DNA from: Clostridiales bacterium
GTDB taxonomy: Bacteria > Bacillota > Clostridia > Oscillospirales > CAG-272
Direction of reading: 5' to 3'
Assembly: GCA_012837425.1 (NCBI GenBank)
Contig: DURE01000045.1
Coordinates: 4,432-68,431 of the forward strand
DNA length: 64,000 bases
The notes under the pieces were generated by a model. That model was not told the DNA's origin. It saw only the letters and a list, made by a program, of their open reading frames with translations, and did not search any database. The stretch's first letter is position 1. The number at the start of each line of letters is the position of its first letter. The position numbers and the translations under genes were made by a program. Positions 1 through 8,132 of the stretch are shown here, one piece after another.

Positions 1-443
1 CCGCGCTGCGTACTGTCTACGAAGTGGTTACCGGCAAGACGCTCCCGTCGCTTGACTTCAAGGACGTTCGCGGTCTTGAGGGAATCAAGGAGGCCACGGT
101 TGACCTTAACGGCACACCTGTCAAGGTGGCGGTGGCCCACACACTGGCGAACGCCCGCAAGCTGATGGAGCTGATTAAGTCCGGCAAGGCCGACTATGCA
201 TTTATTGAAATCATGTGCTGCCCCGGCGGCTGTATCGGCGGCGGCGGCCAGCCCTACGGCACTACAAACGAGGTGCGTAAGAAGCGGATTGCCGCAATAT
301 ATGAGGCCGACCGTGATCTGCCTATCCGCAAGTCGCATGAAAACCCGGCTATCAAGAAGCTATATGAAGAGTTTTTGGGAGAGCCGCTGGGCGAGAAGTC
401 GCACCACCTGCTCCATACCCATTACAACGACCGCAAGGCATAA
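1..443 (+). CDS. hydA: [FeFe]-hydrogenase catalytic subunit, C-terminal fragment (5' end lies outside the window)
   Basis: The translation contains the H-cluster motif IEIMCCPGGCIGGGGQP and the conserved C-terminal tail. The frame is open to the window edge. Confidence 0.85.
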   Translation, partial: ALRTVYEVVTGKTLPSLDFKDVRGLEGIKEATVDLNGTPVKVAVAHTLANARKLMELIKSGKADYAFIEIMCCPGGCIGGGGQPYGTTNEVRKKRIAAIYEADRDLPIRKSHENPAIKKLYEEFLGEPLGEKSHHLLHTHYNDRKA

Positions 444-453
444 ATTAAAAAGA

Positions 454-485
454 AAATCCCCCTGCCGGGTTAGGCGGGGGGATTT
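454..485 (+). terminator. Hairpin downstream of the hydA stop
   Basis: AAATCCCCCTGCC..GGCGGGGGGATTT inverted repeat about 10 nt after the stop. The T-run is weak. Confidence 0.5.
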
Positions 486-555
486 AGCTATGTTCATCAA
501 AAGCCCTGCCGCATCCCTATCACAAGTCGGCCGCTATACTTATGGCGGCAAAAGC

Positions 556-660
556 GCGGTATGCGGGGCCCGCGCTGCTCTATTAGCTTATAAAGTTCAG
601 GGGGTATGGGGGCAGAGCCCACATGAAAAAAAGCGGGTGCGGAGCAGAGTCCCGCATGAG
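556..660. repeat. Dispersed GC-rich palindromic intergenic repeat, copy A
   Basis: GGGGGCAGAGCCC ... GCGGAGCAGAGTCCCGC modules resemble the central part of copy D (20759-20877). Confidence 0.5.
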
Positions 661-689
661 AAGCCCCTGCCCGGGCCCGGGCAGGGGCT
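661..689. terminator. GC-rich hairpin between convergent transcription units
   Basis: AAGCCCCTGCCCGG-GCC-CGGGCAGGGGCTTT, followed by a T-run on the + strand. It abuts the stop of the minus-strand small ORF. Confidence 0.5.
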
Positions 690-842
690 TTAGTGTTTTT
701 TGGCTTTTACTTTTTTGGTTTTTGCCTTGCCCTGAATTTCGGGGACCGGTGGAACCTCGTTTTTAGGAATACTCATTCTGTGGTCGCCCTCTGTTCCGTG
801 AGGTTCTTTGGGGTCGGGTCTGCGCATTCCCTGCTTTGCCAT
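690..842 (-). CDS. Small basic hypothetical protein (50 aa, MAKQGMRRPDPKEPHGTEG...KAKKH)
   Basis: ATG preceded by GAGG about 10 nt upstream, with a hairpin directly after the stop. I do not recognise a family. Confidence 0.35.
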   Translation of the reverse strand: MAKQGMRRPDPKEPHGTEGDHRMSIPKNEVPPVPEIQGKAKTKKVKAKKH

Positions 843-1007
843 AAAATTCAACCTCGCCGTTTGTGACGGCAAAAAAAATATAGATTCGCGCTTGTGCTAT
901 ACATCAGCTACCTTTTGTTGTGGCGCAATAACAGTTTTCCTTGATTTGAAAATATTATACATCCTGCCGCTTTTTTTGGGTTTGGGTCGAAAATAATTAA
1001 AAAACCA

Positions 1008-1036
1008 TTGTCACAAATCCGCGAATTTACTATAAT
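1008..1036 (+). promoter_or_regulatory. Sigma-70-type promoter, TTGTCA-17-TATAAT
   Basis: Near-consensus -35 (1008-1013) and consensus -10 (1031-1036) with a 17-nt spacer, about 100 nt upstream of the 1136 ORF. Confidence 0.55.
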
Positions 1037-1135
1037 GATAATGAGTGTCCGGGAAACCTGCAGAAATAGTAATCATATCAGAGGACGGGACGAGGAGCAA
1101 TCGGTACATATCTTAAAGAAAAGGAGTAATGCGCA

Positions 1136-1333
1136 ATGTCAAGAAGATTTGATTTTGATGTAAGGGCAGAAGCCGACGGCTGCAAGCAGGTAAGCCCGCT
1201 CGGAGGTTGCGGCAGGCAGTCAGGCTGCGGCAGGCGTAGGCGTGAGAGCTGCGCCTGTGAGTTCGCGCTTGGCCTGGTGCTCGGCATAGGTCTGGGCAAC
1301 AGGGGAGGCCGCCGCCGCAAGGACTGCTGCTGA
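1136..1333 (+). CDS. Cys/Arg-rich small protein (65 aa), unrecognised
   Basis: AAGGAG lies 9 nt upstream of the ATG. Codons are mostly G/C-ending, as in neighbouring genes. It has 8 Cys, an LGGCG motif, a GLVLGIGLG hydrophobic stretch and a tail ending in CC. Confidence 0.45.
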   Translation: MSRRFDFDVRAEADGCKQVSPLGGCGRQSGCGRRRRESCACEFALGLVLGIGLGNRGGRRRKDCC

Positions 1334-1463
1334 CAGACTAGAATAGCAAAAATCCGGTCAGATACGATAAGTTAAAACATCGTTATAGAACCACGTGAAC
1401 CAAAAGACGGGTTGCAGGGAGCCTGAAATCCGGCACACCATCCTATGGCAATAAAACCCGCTT

Positions 1464-1510
1464 GGAGCCGACGCAAATCAGGTTGATTTGCGTCGGCTCC
1501 TTTGCCGTTT
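1464..1510 (+). terminator. Intrinsic terminator-like hairpin
   Basis: Perfect 17-bp stem, GGAGCCGACGCAAATCA-GGT-TGATTTGCGTCGGCTCC, followed by TTTGCCGTTT. Confidence 0.6.
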
Positions 1511-1553
1511 GGAGCGCTCGGGTGAAAAATCCCGATGGCGGCCGCAAAAAAGA

Positions 1554-1582
1554 TTGACATACCCGGCCGGTTGTGATATACT
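1554..1582 (+). promoter_or_regulatory. Sigma-70-type promoter, TTGACA-17-TATACT, for the SCIFF operon
   Basis: Consensus -35 and a near-consensus -10 with a 17-nt spacer, about 40 nt upstream of the SCIFF ATG. Confidence 0.6.
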
Positions 1583-1619
1583 TACATTAAGGAGAATACT
1601 ACCAGAGAGGTTTTTTGAG

Positions 1620-1778
1620 ATGAAAAGAATCAAGACAGTAGAGACCCGTAACCTGAAAGAGAGCGCCTTGCTCGGCGGCTGCGGCGAATGCCAGACCTCC
1701 TGCCAGTCAGCCTGCAAAACCTCGTGTGGCGTTGCCAACCAAACCTGCGAGCAGAAGTCGATAAAAAAAAGCAGGTAA
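1620..1778 (+). CDS. scfA: SCIFF (six-cysteines-in-forty-five) ranthipeptide precursor
   Basis: MKRIKTVETRNLKESALLGGCGECQTSCQSACKTSCGVANQTCEQK matches the hallmark SCIFF core GGCGECQTSCQSACKTSC. It is the internal ATG of track ORF 1488..1778. Confidence 0.9.
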   Translation: MKRIKTVETRNLKESALLGGCGECQTSCQSACKTSCGVANQTCEQKSIKKSR

Positions 1779-1936
1779 CATAAAGGCCATTGCCCGGCGC
1801 CTTTGTCGGGTACCGGGTCGGGCGGGTTTTGCGCATTTCCGGCTGGCCGGTGTTGGCTTTTGCCAAAACACGGCCTGCCGCGTGAGAACAAGGGCCTGCG
1901 GGTTGCGCTGGCCTTTTTTGTGACTTGGGGAGAAAA

Positions 1937-3322
1937 ATGGTACATCAGTATAAGCTTGGCGGATATAATATCGTGCTCGACATAAATTCGGGGTCGGTCC
2001 ACTCGGTTGACGATGTCGCCTACGACATGATAGCCCTCTATCCTGAATACCCGCGGGAAAAAATCATTGCCGACCTGCTGGGAAAATACCGCGGGCGCCC
2101 CGACGTTAATGAGGCCGAGCTGCGGGAGTGTTATTCGGACATACAATCGCTAATTGACGCCAAAAAGCTGTATTCCCCCGATGAATTTGAAGAGCTTGCC
2201 GCATTACCCGGACCGCGCCCGGGCACGGTAAAGGCGCTCTGCCTGCATGTGGCGCACACCTGCAACCTCGGCTGCGAATACTGCTTTGCGGGTCAGGGCA
2301 GATACCGGGGCGAGCGCGAGGTTATGAGCTTTGAAACCGGGCGTGCGGCAATTGATTTTCTTGTTGAGCATTCCGGCCGGAGAAGGAACCTTGAGGTCGA
2401 CTTTTTCGGCGGCGAGCCGCTTATGTGCTGGGAGACTGTAAAGAGAATTGTCGCCTATGCCCGGGGGCGCGAGCGGGAGTGCGGCAAAAATTTCCGCTTT
2501 ACCTTAACCACAAACGGCCTGCTTATTGATGATGAAGTTATTGAGTTTTGCAACCGCGAGATGCATAACGTGGTGCTCAGCCTTGACGGCCGGCGCGAGG
2601 TGAACGACAGGTTCCGCAGGACCCTCTCGGGGCAGGGCAGCTATGACATAATACTGCCGAAATTCAAAAGGTTTGTCAAGGCCCGCGGGGACAGGAGCTA
2701 CTACATCCGCGGCACATACACGCACCTCAATACTGACTTTACAGAGGACATCCTGCACATGGCTGACCTCGGATTTGACCAGCTGAGCATGGAGCCGGTG
2801 GTTTGCCCGCCTTCGGAGCCCTATGCCCTGACCGAGGATGACCTGCCGGTTTTGCTTGAGCAGTACGAAAGGCTGGCCTCAATAATGCTTGAGCGCAAAC
2901 GGCAGGGCCGGGGATTTACCTTTTATCACTATATTATCGACATTGAGCACGGCCCCTGCGTGCACAAGCGCATATCCGGCTGCGGCTCGGGGACCGAGTA
3001 TCTGGCGGTGACGCCTTCCGGCGAGCTTTATCCCTGCCACCAGTTTGTCGGTCACCCTCAGTTCCGCCTCGGCAGCCTTGGTGAGGGTCTGACGAATACA
3101 GAGCTTCAGGCTCGCTTTGGAAGTTGCAACATCTACACCCGCCCCGAGTGCCGGGAGTGCTGGGCGAGATTTTACTGCGCCGGCGGCTGCGCCGCAAACG
3201 CCTACCACGCCACCGGCCGCATTGACGGGATTTACGAATACGGCTGCCGGCTGCTCAAAAAGCGGATTGAGTGTGCCGTAATGCTAAAGGTTGCCGAGTA
3301 CGAGGACGAAAACATGGGTTAG
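1937..3322 (+). CDS. scfB: SCIFF radical-SAM/SPASM thioether-forming maturase
   Basis: N-terminus MVHQYKLGGYNIVLD, radical-SAM CNLGCEYC motif and a Cys-rich SPASM C-terminus. It sits immediately downstream of scfA, with GGGGAGA before the ATG. Confidence 0.9.
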   Translation: MVHQYKLGGYNIVLDINSGSVHSVDDVAYDMIALYPEYPREKIIADLLGKYRGRPDVNEAELRECYSDIQSLIDAKKLYSPDEFEELAALPGPRPGTVKALCLHVAHTCNLGCEYCFAGQGRYRGEREVMSFETGRAAIDFLVEHSGRRRNLEVDFFGGEPLMCWETVKRIVAYARGRERECGKNFRFTLTTNGLLIDDEVIEFCNREMHNVVLSLDGRREVNDRFRRTLSGQGSYDIILPKFKRFVKARGDRSYYIRGTYTHLNTDFTEDILHMADLGFDQLSMEPVVCPPSEPYALTEDDLPVLLEQYERLASIMLERKRQGRGFTFYHYIIDIEHGPCVHKRISGCGSGTEYLAVTPSGELYPCHQFVGHPQFRLGSLGEGLTNTELQARFGSCNIYTRPECRECWARFYCAGGCAANAYHATGRIDGIYEYGCRLLKKRIECAVMLKVAEYEDENMG

Positions 3323-3362
3323 GTCCGGCTCCGTACAAGCGTTAACGACGGGAGGGAGAGCA

Positions 3363-4724
3363 ATGGACACGCCTGTTGCCGATTTTGTGCGGCGCTACCA
3401 TAAGGCAGGGAGCGTCCGCTTTCACATGCCGGGGCATAAGGGAATTCCATGTCTTGGCTGCGAGGGCCTTGACATAACCGAGATAGCCGGCGCCGACGCG
3501 CTTTTTCAGGCCGAGGGGATTATCCGCGAAAGTGAGCGGAATGCCACAGTCCTGTTCGGCTTTGGTCGGACGCTCTATTCGGCCGGGGGCGCCTCGCAGT
3601 GTATCAAGGCTATGCTCTACCTGACAATGCTCTATCAGGCCGAGAGAAAAAAGACAAGCCGGTATGTGCTTGCCGCGCGGAACACTCATGTCTCCTTTAT
3701 CCAGGCCTGCGGGCTGCTCGACCTTCTTCCTGAATGGCTATATCCCGGGGATGAGGGCATAATTGAGCCCGGGACGGTCGGGGACATGCTTGCCCGAATG
3801 ACCGAAAAACCGCTGGCAGTGTATCTTGTCGCCCCGGATTACTTCGGGCGCAGCCCCGACACCCGGGGAATAGCGGCGGTATGCTCGAGGTACGATGTGC
3901 CGCTTTTGGTCGACAACGCGCACGGAGCATATCTGAAGTTTCTGCCAGAGTCGCGTCACCCGGTTGACCTCGGCGCCTTCATGTCGGCCGACTCGGCGCA
4001 CAAAACCCTGCCGGTGCTGACCGGCGGCGCCTATCTGCAGCTCTCAAAGAGAGTGCCCGAAGAAATTGCCGCCGCGGCCAAGGGGGCGCTTGCCCTCTTC
4101 GGCTCGACCAGCCCGTCTTATCTTATACTGCAGTCGCTCGACCTTTGCAACGCCTATCTTGCCGGCGGCTACAGGGAAAAACTGGCCGGCTTTGTCGGGG
4201 AGGTAGAGAACACCAAAGCAAGACTTGAGCGCATGGGTTGGCAGGTGTCACCCTCCGACCCGCTGAGAATTGTTGTCGGGACTGCTCAGGCAGGCTATAC
4301 TGGCGCCGAGGTCGCCGCCCGCCTCAGGGATGAGGGAATTGAACCCGAATTTGCCGGTCCGTCCGAGATCGTGCTGATGACTACCCCCGAGAATACACCA
4401 GAGCAGCTCGACCGGCTCTGCCGGGTCATGGCCGGACTACCCCGGCTTGCCCCGAGGGAGCGGCCGGCGCTTAGCTTTCCGCAGAATCAGCGGGTAATGT
4501 CGCCGCGCGAGGCGATGCTTGCGCCCCGAGAGATAATATCTGCCGGAGCTGCTGCCGGCCAGGTGTCTGCCATGCCGGTGATTTTGTGTCCGCCGGGGGT
4601 CCCGGTTGTTGTCAGCGGGGAGTTTATCGACGAGAGCTGTGTTGCGCTCTTTGGGGCTTACGGAATTGAGACAGTGGAGGTTGTAGCGTGCGGCGGCCCG
4701 GGCAAACCGACCTTTAGGGCTTAG
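3363..4724 (+). CDS. PLP-dependent Orn/Lys/Arg decarboxylase-family protein
   Basis: HMPGHKG motif near the N-terminus and SAHKTL (PLP lysine). GGGAGGGAG RBS before the ATG at 3363. Confidence 0.75.
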   Translation: MDTPVADFVRRYHKAGSVRFHMPGHKGIPCLGCEGLDITEIAGADALFQAEGIIRESERNATVLFGFGRTLYSAGGASQCIKAMLYLTMLYQAERKKTSRYVLAARNTHVSFIQACGLLDLLPEWLYPGDEGIIEPGTVGDMLARMTEKPLAVYLVAPDYFGRSPDTRGIAAVCSRYDVPLLVDNAHGAYLKFLPESRHPVDLGAFMSADSAHKTLPVLTGGAYLQLSKRVPEEIAAAAKGALALFGSTSPSYLILQSLDLCNAYLAGGYREKLAGFVGEVENTKARLERMGWQVSPSDPLRIVVGTAQAGYTGAEVAARLRDEGIEPEFAGPSEIVLMTTPENTPEQLDRLCRVMAGLPRLAPRERPALSFPQNQRVMSPREAMLAPREIISAGAAAGQVSAMPVILCPPGVPVVVSGEFIDESCVALFGAYGIETVEVVACGGPGKPTFRA

Positions 4725-4905
4725 AACCATATTTCTGTCTACGGCAACTGGCTGGCTCTGATAGCATTTATGCAAAAACTACTTGCCGGCACCATTCCGA
4801 AATGCACGGTCCAAAAACTGCAGGTAGTTTTCATAAATTGCTGTAGTGAACCCCTATAGCTTTGCGTTGTGCGGCATTTTTTTATTAGCTTGCCGGGGTG
4901 ATGCC

Positions 4906-5885
4906 ATGAGAAGACAACTTATTGTGACGCTGATATTTCCGCTTATCAGCCTCTGTGTGCTCGGCACGGCGTCATACGCATGGTATTCAAACAACACAGT
5001 CACCCAGGCGTCGGGCATCTCGCTTTCTGTGGTCTTTCCGATATATATTGTTGCCATCCATGCACAGCGTGTCGGTGCTGCTCTCTTCAATTACATTCCC
5101 CTCGTTGTCGTAGCGAGTCCTCAGGCGGAGTCGGTTATGCGTCGGAATTCTCGATAGATTTCTGCTATGGCAGCATAAACCTCGGCACTGCCAGAGAGTT
5201 CAGTCCCGACCAGCTCCTTGAGTCGCTCTGCTATGTCGGCAGGGAGGACTGGTATCACAGCAACATATACCCGATTTTTGCCGCCGGGACGGCGCGAAAC
5301 CTCACCGACAGGCTCAGAATGAACATTGTCAGGGTTCAAAACCCCGACAATGCCTCAAGCGTCAATGTCAAGGCCTATGCAAGGGCCAGAATTGCGCCGG
5401 GGGTGCAGTATATCAACGACAACACCATGGCCGAGCGTGCGGTAAGGAAGGTCAGCTTCAGGGTTTTCTGCGACGGCCTTGCCGCAGGGACATACGGTCC
5501 CGAAGCTACGATATACTGGACGGCCTCAAAATCCAAGACCGACGACACCTTCAGAATCTATTCGACCTATACACTCGGCGGGGTTACAAACAGCTATTAT
5601 ATCAGCGCCGACGATTCGGCACCAATGCTCAGCGCGTCAGGTAGCTGCTACTGGACCTGCGACGAGAACGGGTATCTGGTATCGCCCGACGGGAGGTACC
5701 TCGCGTTAAGCGGGGAGGAATTCAGCCTGGCGTCGGCGCCTGCCGATGCTGTACGGGTCTACAAGCTGGAGGGCGGGGAGCTGACGCAGGTTTCATCCAT
5801 ATCAAACGGCGGGGCTTACCTGCTTTTGGTGCCGGTAGGAGACGGCAACTACAGAATGCTTAAAGTCGCCCCCGAGCCTGACTGA
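4906..5885 (+). pseudogene. Secreted or membrane-anchored protein split by a frameshift, with a SipW/TasA-like signal region
   Basis: The N-terminal part (MRRQLIVTLIFPLISLCVLGTASYAWYSNNT...) reads in the frame that stops at 5155-5157. G/C-ending codon preference then continues in the frame of ORF 4980..5885. A single frameshift between about 5130 and 5157 joins the two. Confidence 0.5.
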
Positions 5886-5920
5886 GCATTGGGTGTATAC
5901 TCTCCGGCATAAGAAAAAAA

Positions 5921-5944
5921 ATCCGGGCCGCGACCCGGATTTTT
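5921..5944 (+). terminator. Intrinsic terminator
   Basis: ATCCGGG-CCGCGA-CCCGGAT followed by TTTT and preceded by an A-run. Confidence 0.7.
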
Positions 5945-5973
5945 ATGCGCAAAAGCAGTAAAGACATACAAGA

Positions 5974-6015
5974 GCCTCCGGTTCTATTGACAAAACCGGA
6001 GGCTGCAATTATAAT
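5974..6015 (+). promoter_or_regulatory. Consensus promoter TTGACA-17-TATAAT with the -35 inside a 10-bp inverted repeat
   Basis: GCCTCCGGTT (5974-5983) pairs with AACCGGAGGC (5994-6003), flanking TTGACA (5987-5992). TATAAT is at 6010-6015. Confidence 0.55.
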
Positions 6016-6102
6016 AAATTCATCCTTATAATAATATCAAAATATCATATATGGGTTTAGCGTTTGAGCGGACTTTTTATCAGCATCCGGAGGGGGCGGG
6101 AG

Positions 6103-7068
6103 ATGTTTTCGCTTGCAAAAGAGACGCTGAAAAAGAATAATCTTAAAGCGGTGTTCGGTGCGGTGGCCGACCAGGGCTGTGATACCAGAGCCAGGATTGC
6201 CGAATTTACCGGGCTTAGCATTGTAACGGCCGGCAAAGCTGCCGAAGCCTTTCTTGATGCCGGAATATTTATTCAGCATACGACTCAGGTCAAACAGGTC
6301 GGAAGGCGCGCCAGCAAAATCCGTGTGAATCCGAAAAGACACTTTGCGGTGGCAGACCTGTCCCAGCGCAATTTTTCGGCCGCCTACTATAACCTCTCGC
6401 TCGGGTGCGTCAATTCGAAAGAATATGAATACATAAGCGATTTCAGCTATCCCGAAAACCTTGGCGCCTTCTTGCACCGGATGAAGACTTACATGGAGGA
6501 TGCGAAGGATATTAAATATCTGTCGGTTTGCATTATAGTACCTGGCAGCTACGAGCGTGCCACAGACATAATATCTCAGAGCGGGGATGGTGATATCGAG
6601 AGAATAAGAGTACGCGAATTTGCCAAAAAAACCATAGGCCTGCCGGTGGATATCATGATAGACCACATGAGTGCAGCCGTCAGGTACTGCGCGGCAAGCC
6701 ACCGTCAGGAGGGCAATGTTCTGTATGTCAATACGCGAAGCGGAATAGATTCAAGGCTGATAATTAAGGGCAGGGTTCTTAAAAAGCAGGGCTCCTGCGG
6801 TGCGCTTCGGGTGAGCAGCCGGGGTATCGAGGCTGACATCTCGGATATGGTCCGGAGCATGTGCAATACCGTCGGCCTGAGCGAGGTGGTTGTCGAGTCC
6901 GAGGAGCTGGCGGGGAATGGCAACGCCGGGGAGAATATAAGGAATGCTATTATGAAGATGAATCAAATAAAGGACATACCCGCAATTACTATCAGCTCGC
7001 AGAGGTTTGCCTCCTGTGGCGCAGCCCTGATTTCAAGAGACAACTGGCTGGAGAAGCTTCTGCGCTGA
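6103..7068 (+). CDS. ROK-family-like transcriptional regulator (N-terminal wHTH plus a degenerate sugar-kinase-like domain)
   Basis: The N-terminus (NNLKAVFGAVADQGCDTRARIAEFTGLSIVTAGKAAEAF) resembles NagC/XylR-type wHTH domains. GGAGGGGG RBS. Confidence 0.55.
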   Translation: MFSLAKETLKKNNLKAVFGAVADQGCDTRARIAEFTGLSIVTAGKAAEAFLDAGIFIQHTTQVKQVGRRASKIRVNPKRHFAVADLSQRNFSAAYYNLSLGCVNSKEYEYISDFSYPENLGAFLHRMKTYMEDAKDIKYLSVCIIVPGSYERATDIISQSGDGDIERIRVREFAKKTIGLPVDIMIDHMSAAVRYCAASHRQEGNVLYVNTRSGIDSRLIIKGRVLKKQGSCGALRVSSRGIEADISDMVRSMCNTVGLSEVVVESEELAGNGNAGENIRNAIMKMNQIKDIPAITISSQRFASCGAALISRDNWLEKLLR

Positions 7069-7078
7069 GGCGCTGTTC

Positions 7079-7534
7079 TTAAAACTGTAGGTTGGCTGAC
7101 TTCGCCGGCTTTTTTGACTCGAAAACCAGCATCACAGCCAGAACCCCCAACACCGCGCCCGAGATGTCGATGACGACATCTGTAAGTTGACAGGAGCGCC
7201 CCACCGACAAAAGCTGCAGCAGTTCGTCGACACAGGCGGCAAGCAGCGACAAAACCGCGGCAAAAGTCCATTTAGGCCTTAGTGCAAGCGGCAGGACACT
7301 CAGCGCAAGCAAAAGGCCAAGCACCGCAAACTCGGTAAAGTGTGCCGACTTGCGTACAAAGTGCTCCGGGACGCTGCCGGCTGACAGGTATTCGAGCATT
7401 TTGTTGATAAGCGCCGTCACACCCGCGCTGACCTCGCCCGACACCACGCCCGACCTGAGTGAATTGCTCCAAATAAATAAAGTCCACAAAAAAGTGCAGG
7501 CGCAAATAATTATATGTATGAGTTTGTTCTTCAT
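7079..7534 (-). CDS. VanZ-family membrane protein
   Basis: RKSAHFTEFAVLG and DELLQ...GR...D..D motifs with four hydrophobic segments. AAGGAG lies 7 nt upstream of the MKNKL start. Confidence 0.75.
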   Translation of the reverse strand: MKNKLIHIIICACTFLWTLFIWSNSLRSGVVSGEVSAGVTALINKMLEYLSAGSVPEHFVRKSAHFTEFAVLGLLLALSVLPLALRPKWTFAAVLSLLAACVDELLQLLSVGRSCQLTDVVIDISGAVLGVLAVMLVFESKKPAKSANLQF

Positions 7535-7618
7535 GTCGGCGCTCCTTTTATTCAAGGTAATTCGGCGGCTTGACAGCGGCGCTAAGGCCGTCGGGTCTGA
7601 ATTTTTGCGTAAAAACTA

Positions 7619-7647
7619 TTGAAAAATTTGCACGCTTGTGTTATAAT
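7619..7647 (+). promoter_or_regulatory. Promoter TTGAAA-17-TATAAT for tRNA-Arg
   Basis: -35 at 7619-7624 and -10 at 7642-7647, about 10 nt before the tRNA 5' end. Confidence 0.6.
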
Positions 7648-7657
7648 AACTGCACGC

Positions 7658-7732
7658 GCCCCCATAGTTAAATGGATATAATAAGCCCCTCCTAAGGGCT
7701 AGTTATGAGTTCGATTCTCGTTGGGGGTGCCA
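7658..7732 (+). tRNA. tRNA-Arg (anticodon CCU)
   Basis: Cloverleaf with acceptor GCCCCCA/TGGGGGT, anticodon loop CUCCUAA, T-arm GAGTTCGATTCTC and an encoded CCA. Confidence 0.9.
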
Positions 7733-7733
7733 G

Positions 7734-7757
7734 GCACGCGCAAGCGTGCTTTTTTTT
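7734..7757 (+). terminator. Intrinsic terminator after the tRNA
   Basis: GCACGC-GCAA-GCGTGC followed by T8. Confidence 0.8.
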
Positions 7758-7838
7758 CGCGGGGCGGAGCCCCGCTCCCCGGCTTTTCTGCGTGGGCGCT
7801 GCTCCCGCACCCCAGCTCAAGGAAATTTTCTCAAAAAC
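7758..7838. repeat. Dispersed palindromic intergenic repeat, copy B
   Basis: GCGGGGCGGAGCCCCGC ... GCGTGGGCGCTGCTCCCGCACCCCAGCTCAAGGAAA aligns with copy C in the same orientation. Confidence 0.5.
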
Positions 7839-8072
7839 TGTAAGACCGTCGTGTTTTATTTGCAGTGCAAATCATGTTTTTTCGAGGTAGAGCCTCAAAA
7901 CCGGTGTATCTGGCTTTATTTTAGCTTTACCGTATTTTTATATGCCTGATGATAGCATATTTTGCGGGGCGGGTCAACTACCCTTTTTGCGAGAAACTTC
8001 CCGTTGGCTTCAGAACTGCCGGTTCTGTGTTGAATCATAGCAAAATAGTGCTATAAATAGCCGGATAATGCA

Positions 8073-8101
8073 TTGATATTGCTTTGAGGGCGTGATATAA
8101 T
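8073..8101 (+). promoter_or_regulatory. Promoter TTGATA-17-TATAAT for the corrinoid operon
   Basis: -35 at 8073-8078 and -10 at 8096-8101, about 30 nt upstream of the AAGGAGAG RBS. Confidence 0.5.
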
Positions 8102-8132
8102 AGGTGCAAACCAAAAACTAAGGAGAGCTGAA

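Noticed and set aside
196-693. 165-aa ORF overlapping the hydA 3' end and the downstream repeat.
   Set aside because: It is out of frame with a strongly conserved hydrogenase motif region and then runs through terminator and repeat sequence. The composition is Ala/Arg/Ser-rich noise.
5121-5339. Minus-strand ORF with a natural-looking helical translation (...VIPVLPADIAERLKELVGTELSGSAEVYAAIAEIYREF).
   Set aside because: It begins with TTG only because of the ORF-caller rule. Its third codon positions coincide with first positions of the plus-strand frame, and the plus frame shows the genome-typical strong C/G-ending codon bias across the same stretch.
5040-5340. Possible invertible (phase-variable) DNA segment inside the secreted-protein gene.
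   Set aside because: I found no flanking inverted repeats. Inverting the segment would introduce a stop. A single frameshift explains the two frames more simply.
7705-7949. Small ORFs 7705..7890, 7746..7949, 20703..20891, 20726..20968 and 20784..21041 with mutually similar peptides (RTPAQG(N/T)FLK...).
   Set aside because: They are translations of the dispersed intergenic repeat. The similarity reflects the DNA repeat, and there is no RBS or coherent protein features.
7839-8132. Expected cobalamin riboswitch upstream of the corrinoid operon.
   Set aside because: No B12-box-like core or multi-stem GC-rich architecture could be recognised by eye. The region is AT-rich with a plain promoter. 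A covariance-model scan would be needed to exclude it formally.
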